Positions 8,982 to 18,048 of a DNA stretch of 64,000 nt are shown piece after piece; positions within the stretch are counted from its first letter, which is position 1, and each line of letters opens with the position of its first letter. The notes under the pieces were generated by a model. That model saw only the letters and a list, made by a program, of their open reading frames with translations, had not been told where the DNA came from and ran no database searches. The position numbers and the translations under genes were made by a program. Location: IMG/VR virus record IMGVR_UViG_3300042141_000279, one strand, 5' to 3'. Source of the stretch: an uncultured virus (IMG/VR IMGVR_UViG_3300042141_000279). Its lineage: Duplodnaviria > Heunggongvirae > Uroviricota > Caudoviricetes.

Positions 8982-9250
8982 TTGTCAGACCCGTCCACGA
9001 GGCCGAGGGTGAGGACGTCGATGGCCTTCTTGCGGTCGTCGTCGAGCGTGTTGGTAGCCCGCAGTCGCAGCCGCACGTTCGCAAGGGCGACGATCGCCTC
9101 CTTGTAGGAAGGCCCGACGAGCGGAGCCGGAGCGTGGTCGCCGTCATCCGACCCGATCCACCCGACGACGGTCTCGAAGACCGAGACGATCTGCGGCCAG
9201 AGCGCCACGACCACCGCGATCGCCACGGCGATGTACTGCATCGTCGTCAT
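8978..9250 (-). CDS. Small membrane protein (possible holin)
   Basis: N-terminal TM helix; MTTM dual-start-like N-terminus; position upstream of peptidase. Confidence 0.45.
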   Translation of the reverse strand: MTTMQYIAVAIAVVVALWPQIVSVFETVVGWIGSDDGDHAPAPLVGPSYKEAIVALANVRLRLRATNTLDDDRKKAIDVLTLGLVDGSDK

Positions 9251-9540
9251 TCGACCCCTCCGGCGATCTTCGCGTAGGCCCACTCGAAGGCCGCCTTCCC
9301 CTCAGGCGTCCGCAGGACCGCCTCGACGTGCCGGAGCGTCTCGTCGTCGAGCGACGTCGTGCTCTTGCCGGCGGCCCATTGCAGCGTCTTCACGATCGCC
9401 ACGGCCTGCTCGTGCGGCGACTGCGCACTGCCGATGACCTGAAGTTGCGCAAGAAGCGGCGCCCACTCCGCAAGCAGTTTCAGGCGGTCGAGCAGCGGGA
9501 ACCCGGCACCGTAGATTTCCTCTTCATTTCCTTCCATCAC
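9247..9540 (-). CDS. Hypothetical protein
   Basis: GGAGG SD; overlap with next gene. Confidence 0.6.
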   Translation of the reverse strand: MMEGNEEEIYGAGFPLLDRLKLLAEWAPLLAQLQVIGSAQSPHEQAVAIVKTLQWAAGKSTTSLDDETLRHVEAVLRTPEGKAAFEWAYAKIAGGVE

Positions 9541-9704
9541 GAGCCTCCCTTGCTCCGTACAGAAACCGGATATATGCGGGCGAAAGCGTCCGCGGCGTGC
9601 TGGTCAGAGCGCCCCAATGAACGGGCGGCGGGTCCGATACCTTCGCCATGAGCGGAGGCGAGTCATCGCCGCCTCTCGCAACGAAGTCCCGCTCGTCGAG
9701 TTGT

Positions 9705-9899
9705 TCATCCGGCTGCGCCATGCGTCGCGTAGTTCATGAGGTCGTAGCAGTCGTTGAAGACGCATTCCCCGATGTCCCGCAGTTCACGCCGCGGGGCTGG
9801 GGTGTCGAACTTCCACGTCTCCTGATCCACGACGTTCGCGCCGTTTGTCAGCGTGAGCGTCGCGGACTTCTGGGTCAGTACGAGGCGGACCTCCGTCAC
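9705..9899 (-). CDS. Hypothetical protein
   Basis: AGGAGG SD then GTG. Confidence 0.5.
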   Translation of the reverse strand: MTEVRLVLTQKSATLTLTNGANVVDQETWKFDTPAPRRELRDIGECVFNDCYDLMNYATHGAAG

Positions 9900-9918
9900 A
9901 GTTGTCGCCTCCTGTGGT

Positions 9919-10236
9919 CTACTCCAGTCTACCACGCGGAGGCCCGGCCAGACGTGACTCCCGCTCATCGGGAGTCCACCCCGCTCGAATCCTCGCACAC
10001 GCCGCACGGATCGTTTTCTCGTCCGGTTCGTACAGATCGACCTCCGGCCGCTCGCCCAGACCCATGCTCGCCGCGAGCGCGGAGACCTGTTCCTCGCTCA
10101 TCACCAACTCATCGGCGATCTCCTCGATCGTCGAGTCGCCCGACCAGAGCATGCGCAGTCGCCGCTTGAGATTGGCCGCCGCCTTCGAGGCCGCCAACTC
10201 CTCCGGCGTCATCCTGCGTCGCGGTGATCCGACCAT
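9919..10236 (-). CDS. GcrA-like HTH protein with conserved C-terminal motif
   Basis: LRMLWSGDSTIEEIADEL...MGL; paralogous to 13251 and 13523 genes. Confidence 0.55.
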   Translation of the reverse strand: MVGSPRRRMTPEELAASKAAANLKRRLRMLWSGDSTIEEIADELVMSEEQVSALAASMGLGERPEVDLYEPDEKTIRAACARIRAGWTPDERESRLAGPPRGRLE

Positions 10237-10238
10237 GC

Positions 10239-11102
10239 TCAGATAGCCACATAGCGGCAGCCGGGGTTCAGGTACATCTGGTAGCCCGCCTCACGCATGG
10301 CACGATGGTGGGCGACGTGCTCGCAGTCCCCGCCGACGTACCCGCCTCGCAGGAACGCCTCGGTCCAGTACACCGCGAGGCCGCCGAACGCCGAGTACAT
10401 CGGGATCGGGTGCGACCCCACGGGCGGAAGGAGCCAGTGGAACCACTCCATGCCGACCTCCTCGCGGCGGTCCCGCCAATCGTTGAGCCGGGCCGCCCAT
10501 GCGTCGTAGCCCAAGACCTTCGCGACGCCGCGGCCGTGCTGGTGCCGCATGACCGAGTAGGACGCCATGCCGCCGGCCTTCAGCGGGTCTTGTCTGGTCG
10601 AGAGCCGCCCCAGCCACCCGATCGAATTGAAGACGCCGTCGACGCTGAACCCGACGGCGGGGTCGCAGTCCAAGACGATCGTCCACGCCGTCTTCGGCGC
10701 CTCGTCGCGGACGTACCGCAGGCACTCGTTGCGGCAGTAGGCGAGGCGGTTCGTGCGGTCGGCCCCGAACCCGCGGATGTCCTCGCCGCCGAGCGTCTCG
10801 TGGTCGACAACCACGCCGAACGTCTCCCGGGCATATTCGTCGAGCAGTTGGGCCGTGCCGTCGCGAGAGTCGTTCTCGAACACGTAGACGCTCGAGTCGT
10901 TGAAACCCTTCCGCATCTCCTCGACCAAGAGCAGCGTGTTCGCGAGCGCCGGCCGGGCGTTCCTCGCGATCATCACAATCGCCGCGTCGAGTTCCTTCGC
11001 CGCCCCGCGGCCGATGGCGACGGCGGTGCGGTAGGACTCCTCGTAGACCGGGTCCACCGGCCAGAAGTCCTCCGGCCGAATCAGTTGTTCTGGAACGTCC
11101 AT
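10239..11102 (-). CDS. Glycosyltransferase, GT-A fold (GT2/CAP59-like)
   Basis: IVMIARN, VFENDSRDGT, RLAYCRN, LDCD, SAFGGLAVY, CEHV motifs. Confidence 0.7.
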   Translation of the reverse strand: MDVPEQLIRPEDFWPVDPVYEESYRTAVAIGRGAAKELDAAIVMIARNARPALANTLLLVEEMRKGFNDSSVYVFENDSRDGTAQLLDEYARETFGVVVDHETLGGEDIRGFGADRTNRLAYCRNECLRYVRDEAPKTAWTIVLDCDPAVGFSVDGVFNSIGWLGRLSTRQDPLKAGGMASYSVMRHQHGRGVAKVLGYDAWAARLNDWRDRREEVGMEWFHWLLPPVGSHPIPMYSAFGGLAVYWTEAFLRGGYVGGDCEHVAHHRAMREAGYQMYLNPGCRYVAI

Positions 11103-11851
11103 AGTTCGATCGGTTGGTTGATGATCAGTCGCGGATCGCACCATATCTCACCTCCCAGTTGTCGTATTCGGTCGCATAGACCGACGAATCCCTCGTTCTC
11201 CATCCGAGCGCCGCATCGCAGGTACTCACCCTTGATGAGCGCGACGCTCCCCACCGTGTCGAGGCGGAACGGCTCCGTCGAATAGCACGGCGAGTACGGG
11301 GGCACCGAAGTGAACCTGTTTCCTTCGTGCCGATACCCCCATGTGTCATAGAAAAACGGCAGCGGCGCCGGGCCGCCGTTCAGGTGCAACTGGAGGTGCT
11401 CGCCGAGCCTGAGCGCCCCGTCGCACAAGTCGAGCGAGCGGTCCATGCCGACGCTCGCGAGGCACGGCCACCCGCCGGCGACGGCACGCTTCTCGTCGCC
11501 ATCGAGGACGTCGGCCAGCCGCTGCACCACGTCCGGCGGCGAGATCAGGTCGCTCTCGTGGATGAGCACACGCCCCGCCCCGTGCATGAGCGCGGCGTTG
11601 ATCGCGACGTCCCCCACGAGCGAGCAGGCGAGCAAACGATCGGCCGGCTTGTCCCACGGCTCGACAACAAGAATCACCGGCACCGGCGAGTGCTCGATCA
11701 CGTACCGCAGCATCTTCTCGGTGGCGTCGTTCGTCGGCCGGACGATCCACACCCAGCCGGACACGCCGGCTTTGTCTACGAGGTGGCTGGTCCGCCGGAT
11801 GAAATGCTTCCCGACGTCGCCCATCCACGCGGAGATGCCGATGGTCGTCAT
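11081..11851 (-). CDS. Putative glycosyltransferase (GT-A-like)
   Basis: HESD motif, FYDTWGY, VGSVALI, IWCDPRL; adjacent to GT and DegT genes. Confidence 0.55.
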   Translation of the reverse strand: MTTIGISAWMGDVGKHFIRRTSHLVDKAGVSGWVWIVRPTNDATEKMLRYVIEHSPVPVILVVEPWDKPADRLLACSLVGDVAINAALMHGAGRVLIHESDLISPPDVVQRLADVLDGDEKRAVAGGWPCLASVGMDRSLDLCDGALRLGEHLQLHLNGGPAPLPFFYDTWGYRHEGNRFTSVPPYSPCYSTEPFRLDTVGSVALIKGEYLRCGARMENEGFVGLCDRIRQLGGEIWCDPRLIINQPIELWTFQNN

Positions 11852-12927
11852 GCCGAGCACCTCTCGAGCGCCTCGCACACGGTCTTCGCGTCGTCCCTCG
11901 TGAGGCCGCAGTGCGTGGGCAGGACGATGCCCTCGTCGTGGAGCCGGTGCGCCGCGGAGCCGCCCACGGTGCGAAACGTCCTCATGTGGCGGTGCGTGTT
12001 CATCGGAGGGAACGCCGGCCGCGTCTCGACGCCGGCCTGCGCCATCCGGCGGATCACGGCGGCTGCCTGCATCCCGCTCTTTCGCGCCGCGTAGGCCCAG
12101 TACCCGCTCGTGTCGTTCGGGTGCGTCGCCTGCGGCACGAAGCCGGCCGGCAGGAACTCGCCGTACCAGCGGAAGAGCATCCGGCGGTGCGTCAGGAACG
12201 AGTCCAGTTTTTTGAGTTGCTCGACCAGCACGGCGGCCTGCAACTCCGTCATCCGGTAGTTCGTGCCGGCTGCGTCATGCACGTACCGCTCGCGTGTCTG
12301 GGCCTGACCGGCCATGTGCCGGACCCGCGCCCCGTGCAGCGGATCGCGCCAACCGACGGCCCCGCCCTCCCCGCAGGTCACGGTCTTCGAGCCGTAGAAG
12401 GAGTACGTCGTCAGGTCGGAAACGGCCGGCACGCCGGAACGTAGCGCCCCCAGTCCCTCGGCGTTGTCCTCGATCAAGGCGATGCGCCGGCCGGTCGCGA
12501 GGTAGTGATCGTGCCGCCACTGCTCGAGCGACGGCGGCGGCGTGCCGTAGAGGTTGACCGTGATGATCGCCTTCGTCCTCGGCGTCACGGCGCCTGTCAG
12601 AAACCCCGGCTCGATCGTCCACATCTTGTCGTCGATGCCGACGAACACGGGCTTCGCGCCGCAGTACAGGACCGCGTTGGCCGTCGCCACGAAACTGGTC
12701 GCCGGCACGATCACCTCGTCGCCACGGCCCACGCCGGCCGCAAGGAGGGCCAAGTGCAGGGCGGCCGTCCCGCTCGACACGACGTGGCACGGCTGGCCGG
12801 TGATGGCTTCCATCGCGGCGTCGGCTGCATCGCACACCGGGCCGCGGGTCAGCCGGCCGGATGCCAGCACCGAGGCCACGGCGGCGGCCTCCTCCTGCCC
12901 GACGATGGCGGCGCCGAACGAGATCAC
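11848..12927 (-). CDS. DegT/DnrJ/EryC1/StrS sugar aminotransferase (perosamine synthase-like)
   Basis: SSGTAALHLAL, GDEVIVP..SFVATANA, EDNAE, SFYGSKTVTCGEGG (PLP Lys), GTNYRM. Confidence 0.92.
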   Translation of the reverse strand: MISFGAAIVGQEEAAAVASVLASGRLTRGPVCDAADAAMEAITGQPCHVVSSGTAALHLALLAAGVGRGDEVIVPATSFVATANAVLYCGAKPVFVGIDDKMWTIEPGFLTGAVTPRTKAIITVNLYGTPPPSLEQWRHDHYLATGRRIALIEDNAEGLGALRSGVPAVSDLTTYSFYGSKTVTCGEGGAVGWRDPLHGARVRHMAGQAQTRERYVHDAAGTNYRMTELQAAVLVEQLKKLDSFLTHRRMLFRWYGEFLPAGFVPQATHPNDTSGYWAYAARKSGMQAAAVIRRMAQAGVETRPAFPPMNTHRHMRTFRTVGGSAAHRLHDEGIVLPTHCGLTRDDAKTVCEALERCSA

Positions 12928-13217
12928 TGGAGGCTCTCCAAGAAGTGCCGGGCGTCAGCCGCGCTCGTGACCGTCGTCACGGCGCACCCGTAGGAGGCCA
13001 GTTCCCTCTGGCGGTGCAGTTGCACGCGGGTCGGATCACAACCGGGTCGCTTGACCTCGATCCACGCGGCACGACCGTCCTTGATCGCGAGAACGTCAGG
13101 CAGGCCGACAACGGTTCCATATGAGCCTCCGTGGGTTTTCATAACCCACCAGCCCAGAGACCGCGCCTGCGCCATGACCTTGGCGACGATCGTCCTCTCC
13201 AGAGGCTCGCGCCGCAT
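12924..13217 (-). CDS. VRR-NUC domain nuclease
   Basis: GLPDVL...IEVKRPG...Q motif. Confidence 0.85.
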   Translation of the reverse strand: MRREPLERTIVAKVMAQARSLGWWVMKTHGGSYGTVVGLPDVLAIKDGRAAWIEVKRPGCDPTRVQLHRQRELASYGCAVTTVTSAADARHFLESLQ

Positions 13218-13250
13218 GGCCTGATTGTATCCGCGTGTCGCATTGGCTGC

Positions 13251-13526
13251 CTAGTGGAATCTGTGAGTTTTTGCCACGACCGGGCGGATGCCGCCCCGCG
13301 ACTGCCGCTTCTTCTTCGACCACCGCTCCTGCGCCGCCTCCGCCCCGGCCGCGATCTCATCCTCAGACGGGTCCGGCTGCCGCGTCCAGACCGCCACACG
13401 CCTCGGCGGGAGGCCGAGAGCCTTGGCTCGCCGTGTCACCGTCGCCGCCGATACGCCCAGTGTTTTCGCCAACTCCATGATCGAGCACGTCGCCCAGAGC
13501 CGCCGCAGAACCAACTCGTCGATCAA
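13251..13526 (-). CDS. GcrA-like HTH protein
   Basis: LRRLWATCSIMELAKTLGVS...ALGLPPR; TTGA overlap. Confidence 0.55.
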   Translation of the reverse strand: MIDELVLRRLWATCSIMELAKTLGVSAATVTRRAKALGLPPRRVAVWTRQPDPSEDEIAAGAEAAQERWSKKKRQSRGGIRPVVAKTHRFH

Positions 13527-13891
13527 CGCAGTCTCCCGAGGGAATAGACGGGGAAGTGGTACGGCAACGGCCTGACACGCCCGATCGAGCGAAGGGCGAA
13601 CATCTCGTCCGTCCACCGCGCCTGCACCTTCGCCATGCGGTGCTGCACCTCCTCCGGCTCGAGTTCCGGTTCAGGGTCTCTGTTCCGCTTCCCCTTGCCG
13701 GGGTTGTGCCACGGCTTCCGCGACGACCGCCGAGGCAGCCTAAGATCGCGCTTGATGCGGTCGAGCACGTAGGCCGACACGCCGAGCGCGGTGCAGATGT
13801 CCTCGTTGAGCGCGTCGGTCCCCCAGATCGCCAGCAGTTTCTCGTGATCGACGACCGCCAGCGGGACGCGGCGGGTTCGCGGTTGCGTCAC
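13523..13891 (-). CDS. GcrA-like HTH protein
   Basis: LLAIWG...ICTALGVS...LRLPRR; GTGA overlap. Confidence 0.55.
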   Translation of the reverse strand: MTQPRTRRVPLAVVDHEKLLAIWGTDALNEDICTALGVSAYVLDRIKRDLRLPRRSSRKPWHNPGKGKRNRDPEPELEPEEVQHRMAKVQARWTDEMFALRSIGRVRPLPYHFPVYSLGRLR

Positions 13892-14145
13892 CGGCCGCCC
13901 CACAACTCGAGTATCCGCAGGCTCAGGCGGGCGATCTTCTTCTCAGTCTCGTGGGCCTCGTGACGCAACTTCTCCACCTCGGCCGACAGGAGCGTGTTCG
14001 TGTCCTCGAGGCGGTGACACTTCGCTCGCAGCCGGCGGATCGCCTTGTTCGCACTCACGGCCCCCGCCGTGGCCCGGCGCCACTGCAACTCGTAGTGCCG
14101 GCAGAGCGCGAGGAGCCGCTGGATTTCTGCGTGCAAGTCCATCAT
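13888..14145 (-). CDS. Coiled-coil hypothetical protein
   Basis: Heptad pattern; overlapping neighbours. Confidence 0.55.
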   Translation of the reverse strand: MMDLHAEIQRLLALCRHYELQWRRATAGAVSANKAIRRLRAKCHRLEDTNTLLSAEVEKLRHEAHETEKKIARLSLRILELWGGR

Positions 14146-14354
14146 TCGATGCCCACTCCGACCTCGTTGGCGATCGTGAACAACTCCTGCCTGACCTCGT
14201 CGTAGACCTCGACGCCGTCGGTGCCGTACTTCGCCTTGTTCCTGAGCCACGACGCCACCCGGCGGAGAACGCTTTGGTACTTGTGGCCGTTCTGGGCTAC
14301 CTCGAAGTCCTTCTCGTCCTCCGGCAGGCGGAAGTGCAGGCTCGCGGATGGCAT
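14142..14354 (-). CDS. Hypothetical protein
   Basis: Compact ORF coupled to its neighbours. Confidence 0.6.
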   Translation of the reverse strand: MPSASLHFRLPEDEKDFEVAQNGHKYQSVLRRVASWLRNKAKYGTDGVEVYDEVRQELFTIANEVGVGIE

Positions 14355-14569
14355 CAGTCGTCACCCAGATGCTTGCGTGTGTACGCGACCATTTCGAGCG
14401 AGTAGACGGCGAGCGCCTCGCGGATCATGTAGATGGAGAACGCCATGCCCTTCTGGTCGTCGCCGTTGCACTCGCCGGCGACGCCGTCGAGGTAGTCCAT
14501 GAGCGTGCGGATCGTCTTCTGTGCGGCGAGCATCCGCCGCACGAGGTCGAGCCGCTCGTCCTCGGTCAT
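14354..14569 (-). CDS. Hypothetical protein
   Basis: ATGA overlap. Confidence 0.55.
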   Translation of the reverse strand: MTEDERLDLVRRMLAAQKTIRTLMDYLDGVAGECNGDDQKGMAFSIYMIREALAVYSLEMVAYTRKHLGDD

Positions 14570-15042
14570 GCCCGCGCCCATTCGTCGCCCTTCTTCTGGA
14601 AAAGGGTCGGATGCAGGCAAGCCCGCCGTGCCACGAGCAGCATGTGCGGATGGAAGACGGCGACGTTCGCGCCGTTTTCGTGGAGCACTCCGGCGGCGAG
14701 GCCGGCGGCGCACCACGCGGCGATGCCGCGGTTCCGGTACTCCGGCGCCACGAACGCCTCGAGCGTGTCGTGGTACGTCATCTCCCAGCAATACGGCGGC
14801 CCGCCTTGGTCAAGGAAGACCGGACTCGTCCGCTCGCCCCACTTCTCCGTCCGGCACCACCCGACGATCTCCCCGTGGTCGCTCGCGATCGCGATGTGCC
14901 CGTCGGCCTCCTCCGGCTTCTGGCCGCGAAGCCACGCCGTCAACTTCCTCTGAAAGTCGCTCCCCGGCTTCGTGAGGCGGTCGCGCAGCCACTCCGCGGC
15001 GTGTTCGGGGAGTTGTGTCGCTGGGTGGATTAGGCAGTGCAT
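14566..15042 (-). CDS. GNAT-like acetyltransferase
   Basis: GEIVGW...FVAPEYRNRGIA (acetyl-CoA binding motif A). Confidence 0.65.
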   Translation of the reverse strand: MHCLIHPATQLPEHAAEWLRDRLTKPGSDFQRKLTAWLRGQKPEEADGHIAIASDHGEIVGWCRTEKWGERTSPVFLDQGGPPYCWEMTYHDTLEAFVAPEYRNRGIAAWCAAGLAAGVLHENGANVAVFHPHMLLVARRACLHPTLFQKKGDEWARA

Positions 15043-15043
15043 T

Positions 15044-15577
15044 TCATGGCTCAAAGAGTCGCTGTTGCGTGGCCTGCGTGTACTGCCATTCGTCTCCCAC
15101 CAGCGTGCAGTCATCCATCTTGATGAAAGCGTTTGCACGCTCCACCTCGCCGCCGTTTACAGTCTCCTGCGTCGTCGTCCGATCGCATCGAAACGGCACG
15201 CAGAAGTCCCCTTCCCTGTCCACGATCTTCTGCAACATCAGCACCCGCGAGTCCACGAGGTAGCAAAACCCGTACAGAGGAATGCACAGCGACCCGCATA
15301 CGTCTCTCGCGGTCGTGATCTTCCGCATCGTGACAAGCCACTCGTTATTCCACACCGTGCGGAAACCCTCAAGCGTGATGTCGTACCGACACTTCGCCTC
15401 GACGCCCGCGGATATACGCCCCGCCGGGGACACAAGAAACCCGTCGATCGATGACTCGCTCGTGTCTGGAAACAGCATCACCTTCCAGCCGGGATATGCC
15501 TTCTCCAGCATGACGACGGCATCCGCAAGGTCTTTGAGTGTCTGTTGCCCGCGAGGTGTTTTGACGGCGAGTCCCAT
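15044..15577 (-). CDS. Putative PD-(D/E)xK nuclease-like protein
   Basis: IDGFL...VEAKCR pattern. Confidence 0.45.
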   Translation of the reverse strand: MGLAVKTPRGQQTLKDLADAVVMLEKAYPGWKVMLFPDTSESSIDGFLVSPAGRISAGVEAKCRYDITLEGFRTVWNNEWLVTMRKITTARDVCGSLCIPLYGFCYLVDSRVLMLQKIVDREGDFCVPFRCDRTTTQETVNGGEVERANAFIKMDDCTLVGDEWQYTQATQQRLFEP

Positions 15578-15579
15578 GA

Positions 15580-15819
15580 CTACACGCTTTCCGGGGTCGC
15601 TTCGGACTCCATCCTCTCCCGATGCCTCGCGCCAAGCACTCCGACGATTTGATTGGCCTGCGCCTGCGTCATCACATCGATCTCATTCTCAGGCGGCATG
15701 TGCGGCTTCACGTACCTCTTGAAGGCGTAGTCGAGTCCGACGCCCATAGTTGCCGCAACCCGCGCTGCCTTGTAGTAGTAGTCCAGCAAGGACAATGGTT
15801 CATTGCTTTCACTGCTCAT
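15580..15819 (-). CDS. Hypothetical protein
   Basis: ORF with GGAG SD; lower GC. Confidence 0.5.
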   Translation of the reverse strand: MSSESNEPLSLLDYYYKAARVAATMGVGLDYAFKRYVKPHMPPENEIDVMTQAQANQIVGVLGARHRERMESEATPESV

Positions 15820-15844
15820 GTCATTCGCACTCCGATGGCTCGCG

Positions 15845-16096
15845 TTAGTTCGTTCCGCCGATTAGCGACTCGTACTCATCGTCCGTGATGGCAATGTGCG
15901 GCGCTCGTCCACCTTGAGGGACTGGTATCCCATTCGACTGAAAGAACTCAGCAATATCTCGCAGGCTCATGTTTTTGAGGTTCGCGGTGGGGTCGATCCT
16001 CAGAATGATTCGCGCCGCTTCCATCCAGTCTGGGTGCTTTCCGAGAGTCGCCCAGTCCCTCTTTCGCATCACAACTATCTTGTCTTCGCTCACCAA
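15845..16096 (-). CDS. Hypothetical protein
   Basis: ORF in operon; lower GC. Confidence 0.5.
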   Translation of the reverse strand: MVSEDKIVVMRKRDWATLGKHPDWMEAARIILRIDPTANLKNMSLRDIAEFFQSNGIPVPQGGRAPHIAITDDEYESLIGGTN

Positions 16097-16362
16097 ATCA
16101 CCCTCACCTTCCTCCGCGACTCCCGAACCCTGTCACTCCACGATGCCTGTAGACGCAGGCACTCGCGTGTGATCTGCTCCTCCGTCGGGTCGCCCCACTG
16201 CCGCTCGCCGTCGCCGTAGACCGGGCGTTCGCGGACGACGCCGCAGTTCATGCACGACCTGCACCACGCGGCGAGGCCGTCTGGGCTGGACGGGTGCTTG
16301 TAGAACTTGCGGGCCTCGAGGTGCTTCTTGCATTCGGGGCAGCGTTTGTAGGCGGGGGTCAT
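16090..16362 (-). CDS. Zinc-finger protein with shared C-terminal motif
   Basis: KRCPECK...DGLAAWCRSC; DPTEEQI...QASWS. Confidence 0.6.
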   Translation of the reverse strand: MTPAYKRCPECKKHLEARKFYKHPSSPDGLAAWCRSCMNCGVVRERPVYGDGERQWGDPTEEQITRECLRLQASWSDRVRESRRKVRVIW

Positions 16363-17099
16363 CACTCCACCATCCCCCTCACCTGCTCGATCCACTCCGA
16401 AAACAGCGACACGTCGGTGTGCGCGCTCTCCTCGCCCTCGCGGCTGCGGAGCGGGCCGGTGCCGTCGCGCATCGTGAACGAGTGGATGCCGGCGATGCGT
16501 GCGTCCGAGCCGGAGCCTGTGAAGAGCGGGCCGCCGGAGTCGCCCGGCGCGATCCCGAACTCACGGGAACTCGACCGCCTGTTGATTCCGCAGATGAGGA
16601 GCGTCCGCTCCCGCCTCTTGATCGTGTTCGTGCCTGCCCGCAGGAGGCCGTCTGATCGCGAGTATCCGCCCGAGATCGGCCCGGTCGCGCCGTATCCTGC
16701 CAGCGAGCACACAGTGCCTTCGTTGTCCGGTTCTGTCGCGTAGCACGGGTAGTGGTCGAGGCCGAAGTCGCCTTTGCACCGCAGGATCGCGAGGTCATGC
16801 CAGCCGATATTCGCCTCGTCGAACTTCGGGTGGACGAACACGGTCGTGACCGGATTGCCGCCGACCGCCACCGTCATGGCCTCGTTGACGACGTGCGCCG
16901 CGGTCATTGCCAGATGCGGAGCGAACACGACGCAGGTGCCGATCGCCAACCTGCCCGACGGCTCGACTACCTCGCACTTCCGCACGTAGGGGGCGAAGGA
17001 GGCGCCGTACTTCACGTACACGGAGTCAGGCACGGAGTCGTCGATCGTGCCGGCGGCAGCGGCCGATGCGAGAGCGGCGAATGCGAGCGTCGACCTCAC
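16362..17099 (-). CDS. Secreted trypsin-like (S1) serine protease
   Basis: Signal peptide; TAAHV, HDLAIL, GDSGGP catalytic triad. Confidence 0.9.
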   Translation of the reverse strand: MRSTLAFAALASAAAAGTIDDSVPDSVYVKYGASFAPYVRKCEVVEPSGRLAIGTCVVFAPHLAMTAAHVVNEAMTVAVGGNPVTTVFVHPKFDEANIGWHDLAILRCKGDFGLDHYPCYATEPDNEGTVCSLAGYGATGPISGGYSRSDGLLRAGTNTIKRRERTLLICGINRRSSSREFGIAPGDSGGPLFTGSGSDARIAGIHSFTMRDGTGPLRSREGEESAHTDVSLFSEWIEQVRGMVE

Positions 17100-17743
17100 G
17101 CTTCCCTCCGCTCAAACTGGTAGTACATCAGTTCGTCCTCGCCGGCGGTCCACTTCCACCCGGCGGCCTCGCAGGAAAACTCACGCGAGAAGACCTCCCA
17201 CCGTTCGTGGCCGGCGAGCGGCCTGCCGATGAACGCCCCGCCGTCGTGCCAGACGACGCGGTTGTTCGGCTGGCAGGCCAGCCTGCCGCAGTCGAGAGCG
17301 ATGACGTGTCCGCACTTGTGGCCGGCGGCCATCTCCGCGTAGCCGGTCTGGTGATCCGGGCCGTGGCACCAGTCGATCGTGAAGAGATACCGACCGCTCT
17401 CGGTCGACTTGTCCTTCATCACGACCGTGCATTTCGCGTTCTTCAGGTAGTCGTGCCTGACGACGCTGAAGTAGGGCGAGAAGCAGTCCCACAGTTGCAG
17501 CCAGTCCAGCGGGTAATCACGCCGGGTCGCTTCCGGCACGTCCATCCGCAGGTAGTGGATCGGCACCCTCGCGTGCTGGCTGCCCATCTCGCTCATCACC
17601 GAGAACATCAGGCACCGCCTCGGAATGCTGGTCACGCCGAAGACTTCGACCAACAGGCCGTCTTCGCCGGTTGGCAACGAATCGTGCAGGAAGCCCGAGT
17701 CGAGCCACGCCCAGAACGGTGGGATGTCCGCGTTCAGATACAT
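17096..17743 (-). CDS. Conserved phage hypothetical protein
   Basis: Long clean ORF (MYLNADIPPF...QLWDCFS...QPNNR). Confidence 0.7.
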   Translation of the reverse strand: MYLNADIPPFWAWLDSGFLHDSLPTGEDGLLVEVFGVTSIPRRCLMFSVMSEMGSQHARVPIHYLRMDVPEATRRDYPLDWLQLWDCFSPYFSVVRHDYLKNAKCTVVMKDKSTESGRYLFTIDWCHGPDHQTGYAEMAAGHKCGHVIALDCGRLACQPNNRVVWHDGGAFIGRPLAGHERWEVFSREFSCEAAGWKWTAGEDELMYYQFERREA

Positions 17744-17961
17744 CGCTGCTTCTTCTCGAGCCAATCGGCCGCCTTCACGAGCCACGCGGCAGTCTGCCGA
17801 AGCAGGTCGACGCGCTCGCTGTAGTCGAGGTCGCCTTCACGCGGCGGGATCGTATCGATCCGCAGGTCGACATACGGCCTCGTGCATTCGTCCTCGATGC
17901 ACTGGAGGCAGAACTGATCCTCGTCGACCACGAGTGCTGCGGGTACCACTTCATTCGGCAT
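17734..17961 (-). CDS. Hypothetical protein
   Basis: ORF coupled to neighbours. Confidence 0.5.
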   Translation of the reverse strand: MPNEVVPAALVVDEDQFCLQCIEDECTRPYVDLRIDTIPPREGDLDYSERVDLLRQTAAWLVKAADWLEKKQRCI

Positions 17962-18048
17962 GACGTCACTCCATGTATCGCATGAGGCTCAGATACGTCG
18001 CGGCTCCTGCCGCAACGAGGATCACGAAGACGTTCGCCCATGTGTCCA

